From contig CAWJHT010000066.1 in the NCBI GenBank assembly GCA_963842685.1, forward strand, positions 11,281 to 75,280: a DNA stretch of 64,000 bases. The letters are read 5' to 3'. Under the pieces are notes generated by a model, which had not been told where the DNA came from, searched no databases, and saw only the letters and a list, made by a program, of their open reading frames with translations. The position numbers and the translations under genes are program-made. Origin of the DNA: an uncultured delta proteobacterium. GTDB taxonomy: Bacteria > Desulfobacterota > Syntrophia > Syntrophales > UBA5619. Positions 1 to 10,894 of the stretch are shown in pieces; position 1 is the first letter of the stretch; every line of letters begins with the position of its first letter.

Positions 1-219
1 GGCACTGATTGCCTGGATCAACAGGTCCTGTTGGTCTTCGATTTTTTTTGTTCCGAAAACGTCAGCGGCAGACAACGATAAATCCTGCACCTTATTTAGG
101 TTGATATCCGACACGGAAACAAGGAGGATAAAGAATGTCAACAGGACCGTCAGCAGATCATTGAAACTCATCTGCCATGTCCTTGTCTGGATTTCGGTCG
201 AACGATCCGGTATTTTCAT
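1..219 (-). CDS. motB: MotB/OmpA-family stator subunit (second copy, truncated by window edge)
   Basis: Own translation from ATG at 219: MKIPDRSTEIQTRTWQMSFNDLLTVLLTFFILLVS, a MotB TM motif with Asp; ATGA overlap with upstream motB stop. Confidence 0.8.
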   Translation of the reverse strand, partial: MKIPDRSTEIQTRTWQMSFNDLLTVLLTFFILLVSVSDINLNKVQDLSLSAADVFGTKKIEDQQDLLIQAISA

Positions 220-855
220 GTGCCTGGCCTGAAAAGAATGACAATCCGTCGATTCTTTCGACGTCCTTCCGGGGTGTCATTGCTTGCTGTCGGCTGGTAT
301 TCGGAAAAACCGACAGCCACCAATCTTCTTGCAGGGATGCTGCCAATCTCTTGCAAATATCTCAGAATATTGACAGCCCGCATGGTAGATAATTCCCAAT
401 TGGAAGGAAATTTCGCTGTTCCGATTGGCTGATTGTCCGTAGTGTCCTTCTACCTGAATCGACAAATGGTTATGTTTTGCAATTTTAATGATGCCGTCGA
501 GTACAGGATATACGTCCTCGTTAAGCGATGCATCCCCGGATCCAAATAAAACCGGGTTTGGGAAGACTGCCTTAAAGCCGTCATTGGTTTTAATGACTGC
601 AAAATCTTTATTCATGTCCAGATTGATCGCCAATTGCTTGAGGGATTGCATCGCTTGATTCATGTCTGGCACCGACTGCAAAATGTTTGGCAGTGTTTGT
701 GTAATTTTTTTTATTTGCAGAAATTTGTCCTTATCGATAGCGGAGTAGCTTATCAACATCACAAAAAAAACAACAAGCAGGAGCATCAGAGAACAGTAGA
801 TCGTCTGCCATTGCGGGAGTGGTTCGACCCTAGCTGGTTTGGTCTGTCTAATCAT
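216..855 (-). CDS. motB: MotB/OmpA-family stator subunit lacking the conserved TM Asp (one frameshift near 440)
   Basis: WQTIYCSLMLLLVVFFV TM segment, LFGSGDASL, EGH-TD..SNWELSTMRA..NRRIVI OmpA_C motifs across two frames. Confidence 0.85.
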
Positions 856-1625
856 GATAAAACTGCGACTTTCTTTCCCGCGGAGCGATGTATGAATGGA
901 GCTTTTGTTCGAGGACCCTCGGATTATCCCCGGATTGAATGGAGAGTATCCCATTGATCATGAGCTGCTTCAATAAAAGCTCCTGTGAGCTTCTGGTTTT
1001 TAGTTTACCCGCAATAGGTAGAAATACGAGATTGGCCAAGATCACCCCGTAAAAGGTGGTTATCAAGGCCACGGCCATGGCCGGACCGATCGTACCGGGA
1101 CTGTTCATTTGCTTGAGCATTTGGACCAGACCGATCAATGTACCGATAAGACCCATCGCCGGCGCAAAATTACCCATGGTTGTAAAAATTTCAGCCCCCA
1201 ACCGGTGTCTTTCAGCAAGGGAATCAAGCTCTGTTTGCATAATTTCAGACACATGAAGAGGATCGACACCGTCTACAACAAGATTGATCGCTTTATTCAG
1301 GAAGGGATCCCTATCCTTGTCTTTTTGGATCATACTCTGAAGAGAAATGAGACCGTCACGACGAGATATTCTGGACATTTCGACTAGCCGATTGATGACA
1401 ACGTCTGCCTGCTGTTTTTTGCCCCGGAAAGCATTTTTTGCCACTTTGATAACGCCCAGTAAGTCAGAAATAGGATAATTAATTAAGACAGCGCCAAATG
1501 TGCCTCCCAAGTACGATCATGGCGGATGGCCAGTCAACGAACCATGCAAAACCACCACCAGACACCATGGCAATGATCACAAGGCCGAAGCCGCCGATAA
1601 TCCCTATAATCGTCGCAAAATCCAC
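848..1625 (-). CDS. motA: PomA/MotP-like flagellar stator A subunit (frameshift near 1510)
   Basis: GTG start with GAGGGA RBS; MDFATIIG..., APAMGLIGTLIGLVQML, AVALITTFYG, GDNPR. Confidence 0.9.
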
Positions 1626-1673
1626 AAATCCCTCAATGAAAGATATTATTCATCACATGCTGTTAACATCTTC

Positions 1674-1690
1674 AGCAAGGAATATGCCAA
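1674..1690 (-). promoter_or_regulatory. sigma-54 -24/-12 promoter for motA-motB-motB
   Basis: Minus strand TTGGCATATTCCTTGCT (GG-N10-GC). Confidence 0.8.
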
Positions 1691-1761
1691 GAAGCAAAAA
1701 CGATGTGGGATGGAATAACCGAGGGATTCAGATGATGAAAGGCAGGAACATATCGAACAAA

Positions 1762-1777
1762 CGTCAAAGTATTGACG
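1762..1777. promoter_or_regulatory. Putative enhancer-binding-protein site (FleQ-like palindrome)
   Basis: CGTCAA-AGTA-TTGACG about 75 bp upstream of the sigma-54 promoter; resembles GTCAa-N4-tTGAC FleQ box. Confidence 0.5.
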
Positions 1778-1783
1778 AAAATG

Positions 1784-2029
1784 TCAAATCCATACGTCGA
1801 TTATTGTTCCTTTGTCCTGAGCAGATCTGTCGGTGCGAATCGGATAGGAGGAGAGTCGGTTGGGCGCCGGCTGATAATTGTTGGATCGAATTTCGACGTA
1901 ATCAATGATTTCATCAGCCGCCGACGGTGAGGGAGGATAAAAAGCGCCTTGCGATGACTGTACCGTTAGTTCGCGTTTATGCGTCGAAACGGCAGGAAAA
2001 CTTCCATGATTGAAAGCTTTTATATCCAT
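1784..2029 (-). CDS. Small hypothetical protein in flagellar cluster
   Basis: 81 aa ORF with GAGGG RBS; C-terminus KGTIIDVWI resembles the G-x-x-I-D-V tails of small motility-associated proteins. Confidence 0.5.
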   Translation of the reverse strand: MDIKAFNHGSFPAVSTHKRELTVQSSQGAFYPPSPSAADEIIDYVEIRSNNYQPAPNRLSSYPIRTDRSAQDKGTIIDVWI

Positions 2030-2115
2030 CTGTTACCCTCAATGGGGACGATGCTTCATAAAATCACTTAATTACTAACATGAAATCATTATTCCAGTCA
2101 AGTTTATTTACGGAT

Positions 2116-2151
2116 GGACAGGATCAGGAAAAATATCTCCCGATCCTGTCC
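2116..2151 (-). terminator. Hairpin downstream of flgE
   Basis: GGACAGGATC...GATCCTGTCC inverted repeat 25 nt past the flgE stop. Confidence 0.5.
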
Positions 2152-2175
2152 GTATTGTTATTTTACCGCTTGATT

Positions 2176-3413
2176 TTAACGTTTGATGTTCATCAGTTCT
2201 GTAAGCATATTGTCGGCTGTGGTGATCATCTTCGCACTGGCCTGGTAAGCGCGTTGTGCTGTGATCATATTGATAAACTCCTTGGCGACATCTGTGTTGG
2301 AAACCTCAAGGGAGTTGGACTGAATTTCGCCAAGGCCGCCGGTTCCCGCCGGGTTCGGTGTGGCTTTTCCGGACCCGGTCGTCTCCCCGAAATAGTTTCC
2401 GTTCTTCTTCAGTGCGGATGGGATCCAGGAAATTTGCCAGGCTGATCTGGGCCAGTTCCACGACTTCGCCATTCGTGTATACGCCATTAATGATCCCGTT
2501 GTTGTCAATAGTTAGACTCCTCAGGTCACCGGAGGCGAAGCCGTCGGAATTAAGCGATCTGATGACAGACGTGCTGGCATAACCGGTCAGCTTCTCGGTG
2601 GTGTCCGTGAAGAGAGTCCAGTTAATATCGCCACTGCTGCGTCTCCGATCGTCGCGCCTTTAAGTTTGGCGGCGATGAGCGGTATCGGCGGCATCGATCG
2701 CTATCGCTGCATAGTACATCAGCCGTGGTGAATAAGTGTGCCGTCCGCTTCGAATTGCTAATGTATCGGTCAAATCCCGTGTCAATGCCGTCGAATGTCG
2801 CTGTATAATCCCATTCGCCTGCTGTGGCTGTCTTCGTGAAGGTAAGAGACAAAGTATGAACTCCCCCTTTTGAGTCGTAAACATTCTGTGACACATTGAA
2901 TTCGCCGCGAGCAGCGGTGTTTTCGTTAAGGTTGGCTCCGAAGCTCACCTTTGTTGTCGCGGTAGCGTCTTTGGCCTTCTGCAAAAAGATATCCGCCGGC
3001 ACGGTCGATAATATGTCGTCTTCTATAGAATATCCTTGGACCTTGTACCCTTTGCCGTCTACCAGATTGCCCTTTTTATCGATATGAAATGCGCCTGCAC
3101 GCGTATAGAGCGGAATACCGCTGGTGTCTTTCACTATGAAAAATCCCTCACCATCGATAGCCATGTCCGTCACACTGCCGGTGTTTTCAAAAGACCCCTG
3201 TACGAACTGTGTCGGCATGTCGGTGACCTCGACACCCTGTCCGGCCGCCAGGGATCCGGCACTGGACAAACCCTGATTCATCATATTGGCGAACAGGGTG
3301 CTGCTGGCCTTGAAGCCGACCGTGTTGGAGTTCGCCAAGTTGTTGCCGATCACCTCCATCTGTTTTGAGCTGGCTGAGAGACCCGTCTGACCGATTGATA
3401 TTGCGCTTCCCAT
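2176..3413 (-). CDS. flgE: Flagellar hook protein (frameshifted)
   Basis: N-term GLSASSKQMEVIGNNLANSNTVGFK, YTRAGAF; C-term LEVSNTDVAKEFINMITAQRAYQASAKMITTAD. Confidence 0.92.
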
Positions 3414-3477
3414 ATTCTAATCCTCCTTATCGTGGCTTGTTATAATTTGACCAGTTTTGTTGCTTCGATAATGTTGC

Positions 3478-4182
3478 TCAACGGGATTTCCTGCTGTAAT
3501 GCATCAATAATGCTATTGAGTTGGTTTCCGGTTGTTTTACTTCAATAATGTTGCTCAGGGGTACTTCCTTGCCGCCCACCGTCGCCAGGATCTGATTGTT
3601 CCGGAAGTGGACTGCAGTGACCAGCCCGCTGGTCATCGTATCCACCGATACGGTTTGGCCCTTGCTGTCCTTTGCGGTGACCTGGAACGTATAATCCCCT
3701 TTTTCAACATCAGAGGTGTCCCATGTCGCCTTGTTCATGCCCGCTTTCTGAGCTGTCTCGTCCCAGGTCTTCACCAGTTTACCTTCCTTATCGAGAATCG
3801 TGATGGTTACGCTTTGCGCGTCTGTTGCCAACTTATAGTTCAGATCGGTAGTAGGACCGCTCACCACGAGAGAATTGCCCGAATTTGTGACCACATCCTT
3901 CCCAATCATATTAACGGATTGGGCGTAGTTCATCGTCATCTGGTTCACACTCTGGTTCTTGAGTTCGGTGTTCATGTTGCTCAGTTGTTCCAGGCTGGAA
4001 AACTGTGCCAGCTGAGCTGCGAAATCCGTCCCGTCTAGTGGCTTCAGAGGATCCTGGTTCTTCAACTGGGCCAACAGCAGTTTCATGAAATCGTCCTTGC
4101 CGAGGGTTTTAGTTGTTGTCGTCTTGGATGTGGCGCTTTGGCTGACGGTGCTGTCAATTGCAGAGAAGATGTTGCTGTCCAT
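3478..4182 (-). CDS. flgD: Flagellar hook capping protein
   Basis: LGKDDFMKLLLAQLKNQDPLKPLDGTDFAAQLAQFSSLEQL. Confidence 0.95.
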   Translation of the reverse strand: MDSNIFSAIDSTVSQSATSKTTTTKTLGKDDFMKLLLAQLKNQDPLKPLDGTDFAAQLAQFSSLEQLSNMNTELKNQSVNQMTMNYAQSVNMIGKDVVTNSGNSLVVSGPTTDLNYKLATDAQSVTITILDKEGKLVKTWDETAQKAGMNKATWDTSDVEKGDYTFQVTAKDSKGQTVSVDTMTSGLVTAVHFRNNQILATVGGKEVPLSNIIEVKQPETNSIALLMHYSRKSR

Positions 4183-4200
4183 AGTGATTACCTCCTAAAA

Positions 4201-5899
4201 TTAAACAAATATGCTGACCAGTCCCTCTTGCCGGTTCAGATTCTCTAATAGGCTGGATGAGGGGCTGGGTAGGGATGTTGCCGTCCATGAGATTCTGTCT
4301 TGCCTGATGTTCCTGGCGTTGTCCGAACGCAGCGCCGCTATTTGTCTGTTGCTGGTTCGCCGCGTTGTCCTGAAGGAGAATCTGGAAGTTCTCGATCTTC
4401 AGATCTTGACGCTGCAGAGCGGTACGGATATCATCCACACGGGACTGCAAGGCCTGCTGTACGCCGGAGTTATCGGCGGTCATGACGACCTCTACCCGCT
4501 CTTTGCGGATGACGATTTCAAGATTGACCGTTCCGAGGTTCGGAGGATCGAGGGTGATCCGGACACGTCCAAAACCGTTGTTCATGGACTGCTTTGCATC
4601 CAGTATTTGGTCGATGACGGCCTGGGTGTTGATCCCTGCAGGACCGTCTGATGCCGTCAATCTGTTTCCGCTTCCGGAGAGGATATTAGTCATTTCCGCT
4701 CGTAAGGCGAACTCATCCCGGTTTGTTGTCCTGTGATGGCGGTTTGGTGCAAGCATTCCCGCTCTGCTGATTTTCCTGATCGGCGGCGGTAATCCCGGCC
4801 GGAGAGCCTTTCATGAAAACGGCAGTATCAGCCAGTTCAACCTGAGTTGATCCTTCGGATGGGGACGACGCAATCGCGGCCATTCTGTCGTTGACGGCGG
4901 CAATCGGTTTTTGAGTCGCAGTGGCAATATACCCCCCCTCCTTCTGAGCTGCAGAGTCTGTTCTGTTATCGCGATGGGAGATGGTCGCTCGACGGAGATC
5001 CGGGAAGATACTATCAGCCGCCGATTTGTCTTCTTTTTGTCGTTGTCCTTCCGATACCCGATCCATGGATCCTGCTTCCGTCTTGTGTCCGGATTTCTCT
5101 GACCGGATGTGGTTCGTTACATGATCACCTGTGAGGAATCCACTTCGGGGAAGGGTGTATCCGCGACAGTCGCCCCCAAAGTCAACGACACGGCTTCGCT
5201 TACAGCGTCGTTTGTCTGAGCCAGGTCAGCGTGACTTCTTTTTTCTGTGGTTAACGGCATATCCGATTTTGCATTGTTTCTGGCCCTAATACCGGAGAGG
5301 CCTAAAGGTGGAAGCGAATTATTTCCCAAGGCTCCGGTCATAGATGCGTCTTGATCTGATTGGGGTATCATTACCGGCTGAGACTGGATAATCTCCGATA
5401 TCGCTGTAAAAGTGGATTTTGCTATTCCAGCAGCAGAGTCTTCCAGCAGAGCTTGATTGGCCTCGTCATTCATTCCCGTAGGAATCTGTATGGCGGTCTG
5501 CTGCGTACCTTCCGTCAAATCTTCTCTGTTCTTTGCAGTGGGAAGTGACAAAACGGCCAACTTCATCTTGTCCATTAAAGGGAGTGGCTTTATCGCCTCA
5601 GTTTCGGATAGTGTAACATCTTTGAGTAATGGATGTGCCATTCTAAGCGGTATAGGATTCAGCCCCGGTATCGCAGCAAAGTCGGAGTTCAGCTCATCAG
5701 GGTCTGAGTCCTCATTGATCTTTTCCATGCTTCCATCATCGCTGATCGCTTCGGCCGTCTTTTCATCAAGAACGCTGTTAAACGAGTTACTCTGGCCATG
5801 TCGACTCCCTATGGACGATTTGTCTTGCGCCTTCGGAAATAGGGCTATACCGCCTTGAGGGTTGAGGGAAGCTTGCATATCGAATGTCATCTTTTCCAT
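4201..5899 (-). CDS. fliK: Flagellar hook-length control protein (several frameshifts)
   Basis: Low-complexity N-term; C-term RITLDPPNLGTVNLEI Flg_hook domain; position upstream of flgD. Confidence 0.8.
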
Positions 5900-5926
5900 A
5901 TCTGATCCTTTCCGTGCTATAGAGAT

Positions 5927-5942
5927 ATCAATATCCATGCCA
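5927..5942 (-). promoter_or_regulatory. Probable sigma-54 promoter for fliK-flgD-flgE (variant -12)
   Basis: Minus strand TGGCATGGATATTGAT (GG-N10-GA); CGGCAAATTCTTCCG near-palindrome at 6004-6018 upstream. Confidence 0.55.
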
Positions 5943-6067
5943 TTTAATATAATTAGTATAAACAATATGTTATAGATGATACAATTAAAGAAAGGATTCA
6001 GCCCGGCAAATTCTTCCGGATCATTGGGGGTGTTTTTATAAGGTAAGAAAAAAATACCGGCAGGTGA

Positions 6068-6676
6068 CTAGTCAGCGGCTACTCGGACTGTTCGGGTGAT
6101 TTCATTCGTAATGGCAACAGCTTTTTGTGGAGTGAGATAACCCCAGATCAGGCCGGCCCGGTCACGCTTCATATTGATGGTAATCCCGGCCGCTGTCTTG
6201 ACCTCTAATTTTTCAAGCATTGCCGCCGCTTTTTGCGGTGGTGTCGCTTCGTAGACTTTGGCAAGTTCCTTTAACCTTTTTATGTCGTTGGATTTGTCTG
6301 CATCCAGTCTGGAACTGAGCTGAGATTCCAGAGACTTCAGTGCATCAATCTTCTCTACAATTTCTTTTTTCAAAGCGACAATCTTCTGCTCTTCTGCCTT
6401 AACGAGGCTTTCCCGCGTGTCCAACGCCTTTTGCTTTTTTTGCAGGATATCAAAAAGATCACGTTCTTTTTGGAGGGGATCTTCTGTAACATCTTTTACC
6501 TCTTTAACTGCAGGGATGGCGGCTCTCGTTGTTGTCTGAGCGATCGCCTGACCAAAGTGATCCATTGAAAAGAACGATAATATTGGGGTGATCTGAAGAG
6601 CCTCAGCGAGGAAAAAGGTTTTAATGATAAAAAGAGTAACGATCATGATCTGACAGGCGATAACAAATCTTTTCAC
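6068..6676 (-). CDS. MotE/FlbB-like (MgtE_N-type) flagellar accessory protein
   Basis: N-term TM, coiled coil, LAKVYEATPPQKAAAMLEKL; canonical position after fliJ. Confidence 0.75.
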   Translation of the reverse strand: MKRFVIACQIMIVTLFIIKTFFLAEALQITPILSFFSMDHFGQAIAQTTTRAAIPAVKEVKDVTEDPLQKERDLFDILQKKQKALDTRESLVKAEEQKIVALKKEIVEKIDALKSLESQLSSRLDADKSNDIKRLKELAKVYEATPPQKAAAMLEKLEVKTAAGITINMKRDRAGLIWGYLTPQKAVAITNEITRTVRVAAD

Positions 6677-7116
6677 TCTTGCTCCCTCCTGTTGTGACGG
6701 ACAATGGCCATTTCATCAATCGCCGTCCTTTCAAGCAAGTTAGCCTCTGACTGATGCAGTTCAGAATGCTTGCATTTAAGGTTTTCTAAAGACTTTCTTT
6801 TTTTTATGGCTTCAAACAGGGCGGTCCTTTTTTCTTCCACTTTTTTTGTGGCTTCCCTAACCTGTTCTTTCTGCAAAGCCTCAAATCTCTGATATCTTTT
6901 AATACCGTCTGTATTCATCGTAATTTCAGTGACATTTACCGTTTTACCTTGAACATTTCTCAACTCATCGACAAGCAACATTTTTTCTTGCTGTATGGAT
7001 TTGAGGTGTTCATGTTCCTTACGAAGCTCTTTTTGTTTCTCAGAGAATTCCTGGAGTAGTCTGTCTTCTTGCGTTATTCTGACGTTCAAGACACTTTGAA
7101 GTTTAAAGTTAAACAT
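6673..7116 (-). CDS. fliJ: Flagellar export protein FliJ
   Basis: MFNFKLQSVLNVR start, coiled coil, ERTAIDEMA tail. Confidence 0.88.
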   Translation of the reverse strand: MFNFKLQSVLNVRITQEDRLLQEFSEKQKELRKEHEHLKSIQQEKMLLVDELRNVQGKTVNVTEITMNTDGIKRYQRFEALQKEQVREATKKVEEKRTALFEAIKKRKSLENLKCKHSELHQSEANLLERTAIDEMAIVRHNRREQE

Positions 7117-7130
7117 GGTGGTCCATAAGA

Positions 7131-8126
7131 TCAAACAAATGTATCTTCCTCACCGCCTCGCAGGATCATAATTCGTCCTTCGGCTTCCAATTTCTTGGTC
7201 ACATCAAGGATCACTCGCTGGCTTGTCTCCACCTCTGACAAACGGACAGGAGGCATCATTTCGATGTCCTCCTTCAACATTTCCGCACCGCGTTTAGACA
7301 TATTATGATATATTTTTTCCCTCATACTTTCGTCAATCATTTTCATTGCTTTTGACAAGTCCTCCGTAGATATTTCTCGCAGAAGTTCCTGAAGACTTTT
7401 ATCATCAATTTTCAGAACATCTTCAAAAGTGAACATGAGCCCTCTCAGTTGAGCAGCCAGCTCGGCATCTTCATCCTCAAGCGAAGTGAGAATGGCACTT
7501 TCGCTTGCTCTGCTCATCCGGTTGAGGATTTCTGACATGAACTTGACCCCACCAACCTGCTGGTCAGAACTGTTTTCCGTTATAAGCTCCTTTTCGAGAG
7601 TTTTTGCTACATCTTCTAAGAACTCGTGAGGCACACTTTTGATAGTAGACATCCTTTTCGCAATTTCGATCTGCATGGGACCGGAAAACCCTTCCAGCAT
7701 GATGGCAGCCTGCTCCGGCGACATATGAGCAAGAATCATTGCAATCGTCTGGGGATGTTCTGTCTTCGTAAATTCCATTAAGATTTTCGGATCCATATCG
7801 CGAAGCTTATCAGTAATGGGATTGTCAGAGGACTTGTTGTTCGCGACTTCTAAAAGCATTTCCTGAGCGCTTTTTTCACCCAACGCCTTGGTGATAATAT
7901 TCTTTATACTGTCATCTCCCACCGAAAGGCTGCCGCCTTTTTCTTTCGCCAGTATAATGAATTCCTTGGCGACCGTGCTCATGGTCTCAGAGGGAATGGT
8001 CGTAATGCGGTTCATATATTTGCCGATACGCTTGATTTCTGACGGACGAAGATTCTTCATGACTCCGGCGGCTATGTCTTCGTCCAGAGACAAAAGCATG
8101 ATAGCGGCTTTTTCTTCATTGATCAT
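7131..8126 (-). CDS. fliG: Flagellar motor switch protein FliG
   Basis: KAAIMLLSL, EHPQTIA, MFTFED, MSKRGAEMLKEDIE. Confidence 0.96.
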   Translation of the reverse strand: MINEEKAAIMLLSLDEDIAAGVMKNLRPSEIKRIGKYMNRITTIPSETMSTVAKEFIILAKEKGGSLSVGDDSIKNIITKALGEKSAQEMLLEVANNKSSDNPITDKLRDMDPKILMEFTKTEHPQTIAMILAHMSPEQAAIMLEGFSGPMQIEIAKRMSTIKSVPHEFLEDVAKTLEKELITENSSDQQVGGVKFMSEILNRMSRASESAILTSLEDEDAELAAQLRGLMFTFEDVLKIDDKSLQELLREISTEDLSKAMKMIDESMREKIYHNMSKRGAEMLKEDIEMMPPVRLSEVETSQRVILDVTKKLEAEGRIMILRGGEEDTFV

Positions 8127-9729
8127 TTCAGCCAGTTCCTCAATAATTCAGCAAATTTTTTCGAATCAGCCCCAGCGAGCTGTTTGGCCAGATCCATCTC
8201 ATTGAGAGATTTGTTTTCAAATTGCGACAGGGACAGTTGTGGCGAAGGCCCGCTCAGTGAGACAGAAACACCGGCATCCGAAGGAATCTGAGGCTGTGTG
8301 TTTCCTTCGATCCTATGGGTGGTATTGATCATATTCCTGACAAGCGGTCGGATGATGAAAAGAAACACCAACAGTATTCCCATCATGATCACCACATATT
8401 TAATAATTGGGACGGCCGGTGCGATTTTGTCCTGCCATGTTCGGCCTGTCATTCTCCAGTTCTGACTCGGGTCGATTGAAAGGCATGCTGGACACAACAA
8501 CCTGATCACCCCTTTGCGAATTAAAACCAGATGATTTCCTGACCAGATCTTCGAATGATTCGAGTTCTTTCTTTGGTCTTTCCTGATATATTGCGTCACC
8601 CTTGTCGTTTTTCTGATATATTCCGTCAACCAATACGGCTATGGATATTTTTTTGATTTCACCCACAGGCATCACCGTTTTGCTGATGGTCTTGTTTATC
8701 TCGTAATTCACAGTCTCATCCGTTTTTTCCTTCTCCGGCCTGACGGGTTCATCAGTATCTTCCGTCTCCTGTCTGTCAGGACCTGATTTGTTAGATGCCT
8801 TATTAGATGCCTTAGAGGTAGACGGACCGATCCCGTTGCTTTGTCCTTTGCTTCTGAGTACTCCTGATGACAGGTGATTCAGGATCATAGATTTCTTCCG
8901 TCTTTTCCATTATTCTGAAGTCCAGATCTGCGTTTACCCTGACCACGGCCTTGCCATGGCCAACCACATTTTCCAGAAGGGTTTGGATCTGGTTTGCCAT
9001 GTCTTTCTCGAGATTTCGCTGATATTCGATCTGGGAAGATGACAGTCGGGCAAGCTTGGAATCTCCCTGTTTTTTTGACAGGATGTTTCCCTGGTTGTCT
9101 ACGATCATTACATCATCAGAACTCAAACCTTCAACACTGCTCGCCACAAGATGTCCGATTCCGTCTATCTGAGATGCATTTAATTTCTTGCCTGCTTTTA
9201 GTTTTACCGTGACTGAAGCCGTCGGCTTCTTTTGCTGCTCGATGAACAAAGATTCCTTTGGGAGTACGATATGTACTCGGCATTGTTGGATTTCATCAAG
9301 ACTATTGATTGTACGCGACAGCTCGCCCTGTAGCGCTCGTCGATAATTGAGCTGTTGCTCAAATTCAGTCGCTCCGAACATTTTATTGTCAAAGATTTCA
9401 AAACCGACTCCGCCGCCATGTGGAAGACCTGCCGCAGCGAGTTCGAGCCTGAGTTCAGAAACCTGCCCGGATGGAACAGAGATGGTGTCTCCTGAAGAGG
9501 ATATTTGATAGGAAATCTTCTTTTCTTTCAGTTTGGTCAGGATGTTTGAAGCGTCTTCACTGGTCAGATTGGAAAAAAGGACACGATAATCCTCTTGATT
9601 TGTAAAATGGACAAAGGTCATTATACTCGCAACAACCAGGACCGTCACAATTGCGAGGGTCATTTTTCTTGGACCGGGCATTGCACTGAAACCTTGCCAA
9701 ATCCTTTCAAGATATGCCATTGGATTCAT
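8123..9729 (-). CDS. fliF: Flagellar MS-ring protein (frameshifted)
   Basis: GVGFEIFD, RALQGELSRTI, RVHIVLP, KISIAVLVDG, RGDQVVV, LLRNWL over three frames. Confidence 0.93.
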
Positions 9730-9735
9730 GGTTTA

Positions 9736-10035
9736 TTATACCTGCATCCTCATTATTTCCTGATATGCTTCTATGATTTTGTTCCTGACCGTTAACATTG
9801 TCCGGAAGGAAATATCCGCTTTTTCAAGGGCAATCATCGCTTCATGGAGACCGCCTGTATTGCCTGCTTGAACGTTTAGAATCGCTTTATCCGCTGTTTG
9901 ATGCTGATTGTTAACTTCATTTACAGCATTAAAAAGAGCATCTGAAAATCCGCTTCCAGGTCCTGACTTCGTTTGCCCTTCCTTCGGAACTGCTGCAGAA
10001 ACGATCGGATTGTTGCTTATGGCCATGTTATTCAT
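9736..10035 (-). CDS. fliE: Flagellar hook-basal body protein
   Basis: LHEAMIALEKADISFRTMLTVRNKIIEAYQEIMRMQV. Confidence 0.96.
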   Translation of the reverse strand: MNNMAISNNPIVSAAVPKEGQTKSGPGSGFSDALFNAVNEVNNQHQTADKAILNVQAGNTGGLHEAMIALEKADISFRTMLTVRNKIIEAYQEIMRMQV

Positions 10036-10053
10036 AACGTTCCCTTTCTGGTG

Positions 10054-10479
10054 CTATCGTCCCATTTCCAATGTTTTCATGGTCATGTTTTTGGTCGATT
10101 CAAAAGCCGTTACACAGGCCTCATATGCACGACTGGCCGTGATCATATCTGCCATTTCCGACATGATATTGATATTCGGCATCGCCACATAGCCTTTTGC
10201 ATCCGCATCGGGATGTGATGGATCATAAACCATTTTGATGCCGTTTGCGTCTTCCTTCACCTCATCGATCCTGACCGATCTGACGGCTTCTTTTATGGTC
10301 GAATCAAAATTGTCGGTAACGGCTTCGGCCGCGAGTGCTATGGTTTTTTTCCTGTATGGTCCTCCTTCCGGAGTGCGTGTCGTGTTGACATTAGCCAGGT
10401 TTGATGTAACGATATCCAGTTTTGCTCTCTGAGCGGCAAGTCCGGATCCGCAAATCTTAAAAGATGTCGTCAAATCCAT
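10054..10479 (-). CDS. flgC: Flagellar basal-body rod protein
   Basis: NLANVNTTRTPEGGPYR, YDPSHPDADAKGYVAMPN, ASRAYEA. Confidence 0.97.
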   Translation of the reverse strand: MDLTTSFKICGSGLAAQRAKLDIVTSNLANVNTTRTPEGGPYRKKTIALAAEAVTDNFDSTIKEAVRSVRIDEVKEDANGIKMVYDPSHPDADAKGYVAMPNINIMSEMADMITASRAYEACVTAFESTKNMTMKTLEMGR

Positions 10480-10480
10480 A

Positions 10481-10855
10481 TTACTTGGTCTCCTTTAATA
10501 CCGTGTTGATTCCTCTGAATTTTCTGGCCAGCATATCGACGGTCATGTTGTACATCAGATGATTTTCCGCGAGGTTAGCCATCTCCGTATCAATTTTAAC
10601 CTTTTCTTCTGATGTCTTCATCTCAAAAGAAACAGGACTGCTTTTATTGTCCTTTCGGCTGATGTGTCCGGGAACCGTTGTTGTCATCTGTATGGAATTG
10701 GTCTTTCCAAATTCGTTTTTAAAAGAGATATCTGAAGGTTTGAAATCTTCAGTATCGATGTTGGCTATGTTTGATACGATGATCTTATGCCGCTTTGATC
10801 GATAATCCAACATGCCGGATAGCAGATCAATTGTCTTGTTAAATAGAATGTCCAT
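10481..10855 (-). CDS. flgB: Flagellar basal-body rod protein
   Basis: RHKIIVSNIANIDT..FKPSD, IDTEMANLAENHLMY. Confidence 0.94.
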   Translation of the reverse strand: MDILFNKTIDLLSGMLDYRSKRHKIIVSNIANIDTEDFKPSDISFKNEFGKTNSIQMTTTVPGHISRKDNKSSPVSFEMKTSEEKVKIDTEMANLAENHLMYNMTVDMLARKFRGINTVLKETK

Positions 10856-10876
10856 AATCCTCCTGAAAATAATCTC

Positions 10877-10892
10877 TGCAAGCTATATACCA
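10877..10892 (-). promoter_or_regulatory. sigma-54 promoter for flgB operon
   Basis: Minus strand TGGTATATAGCTTGCA (GG-N10-GC) just upstream of AGGAGG RBS. Confidence 0.75.
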
Positions 10893-10894
10893 GA

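Noticed and set aside
8791-8814. 12-bp tandem duplication in fliF
   Set aside because: In-frame, within the variable FliF loop; trivial
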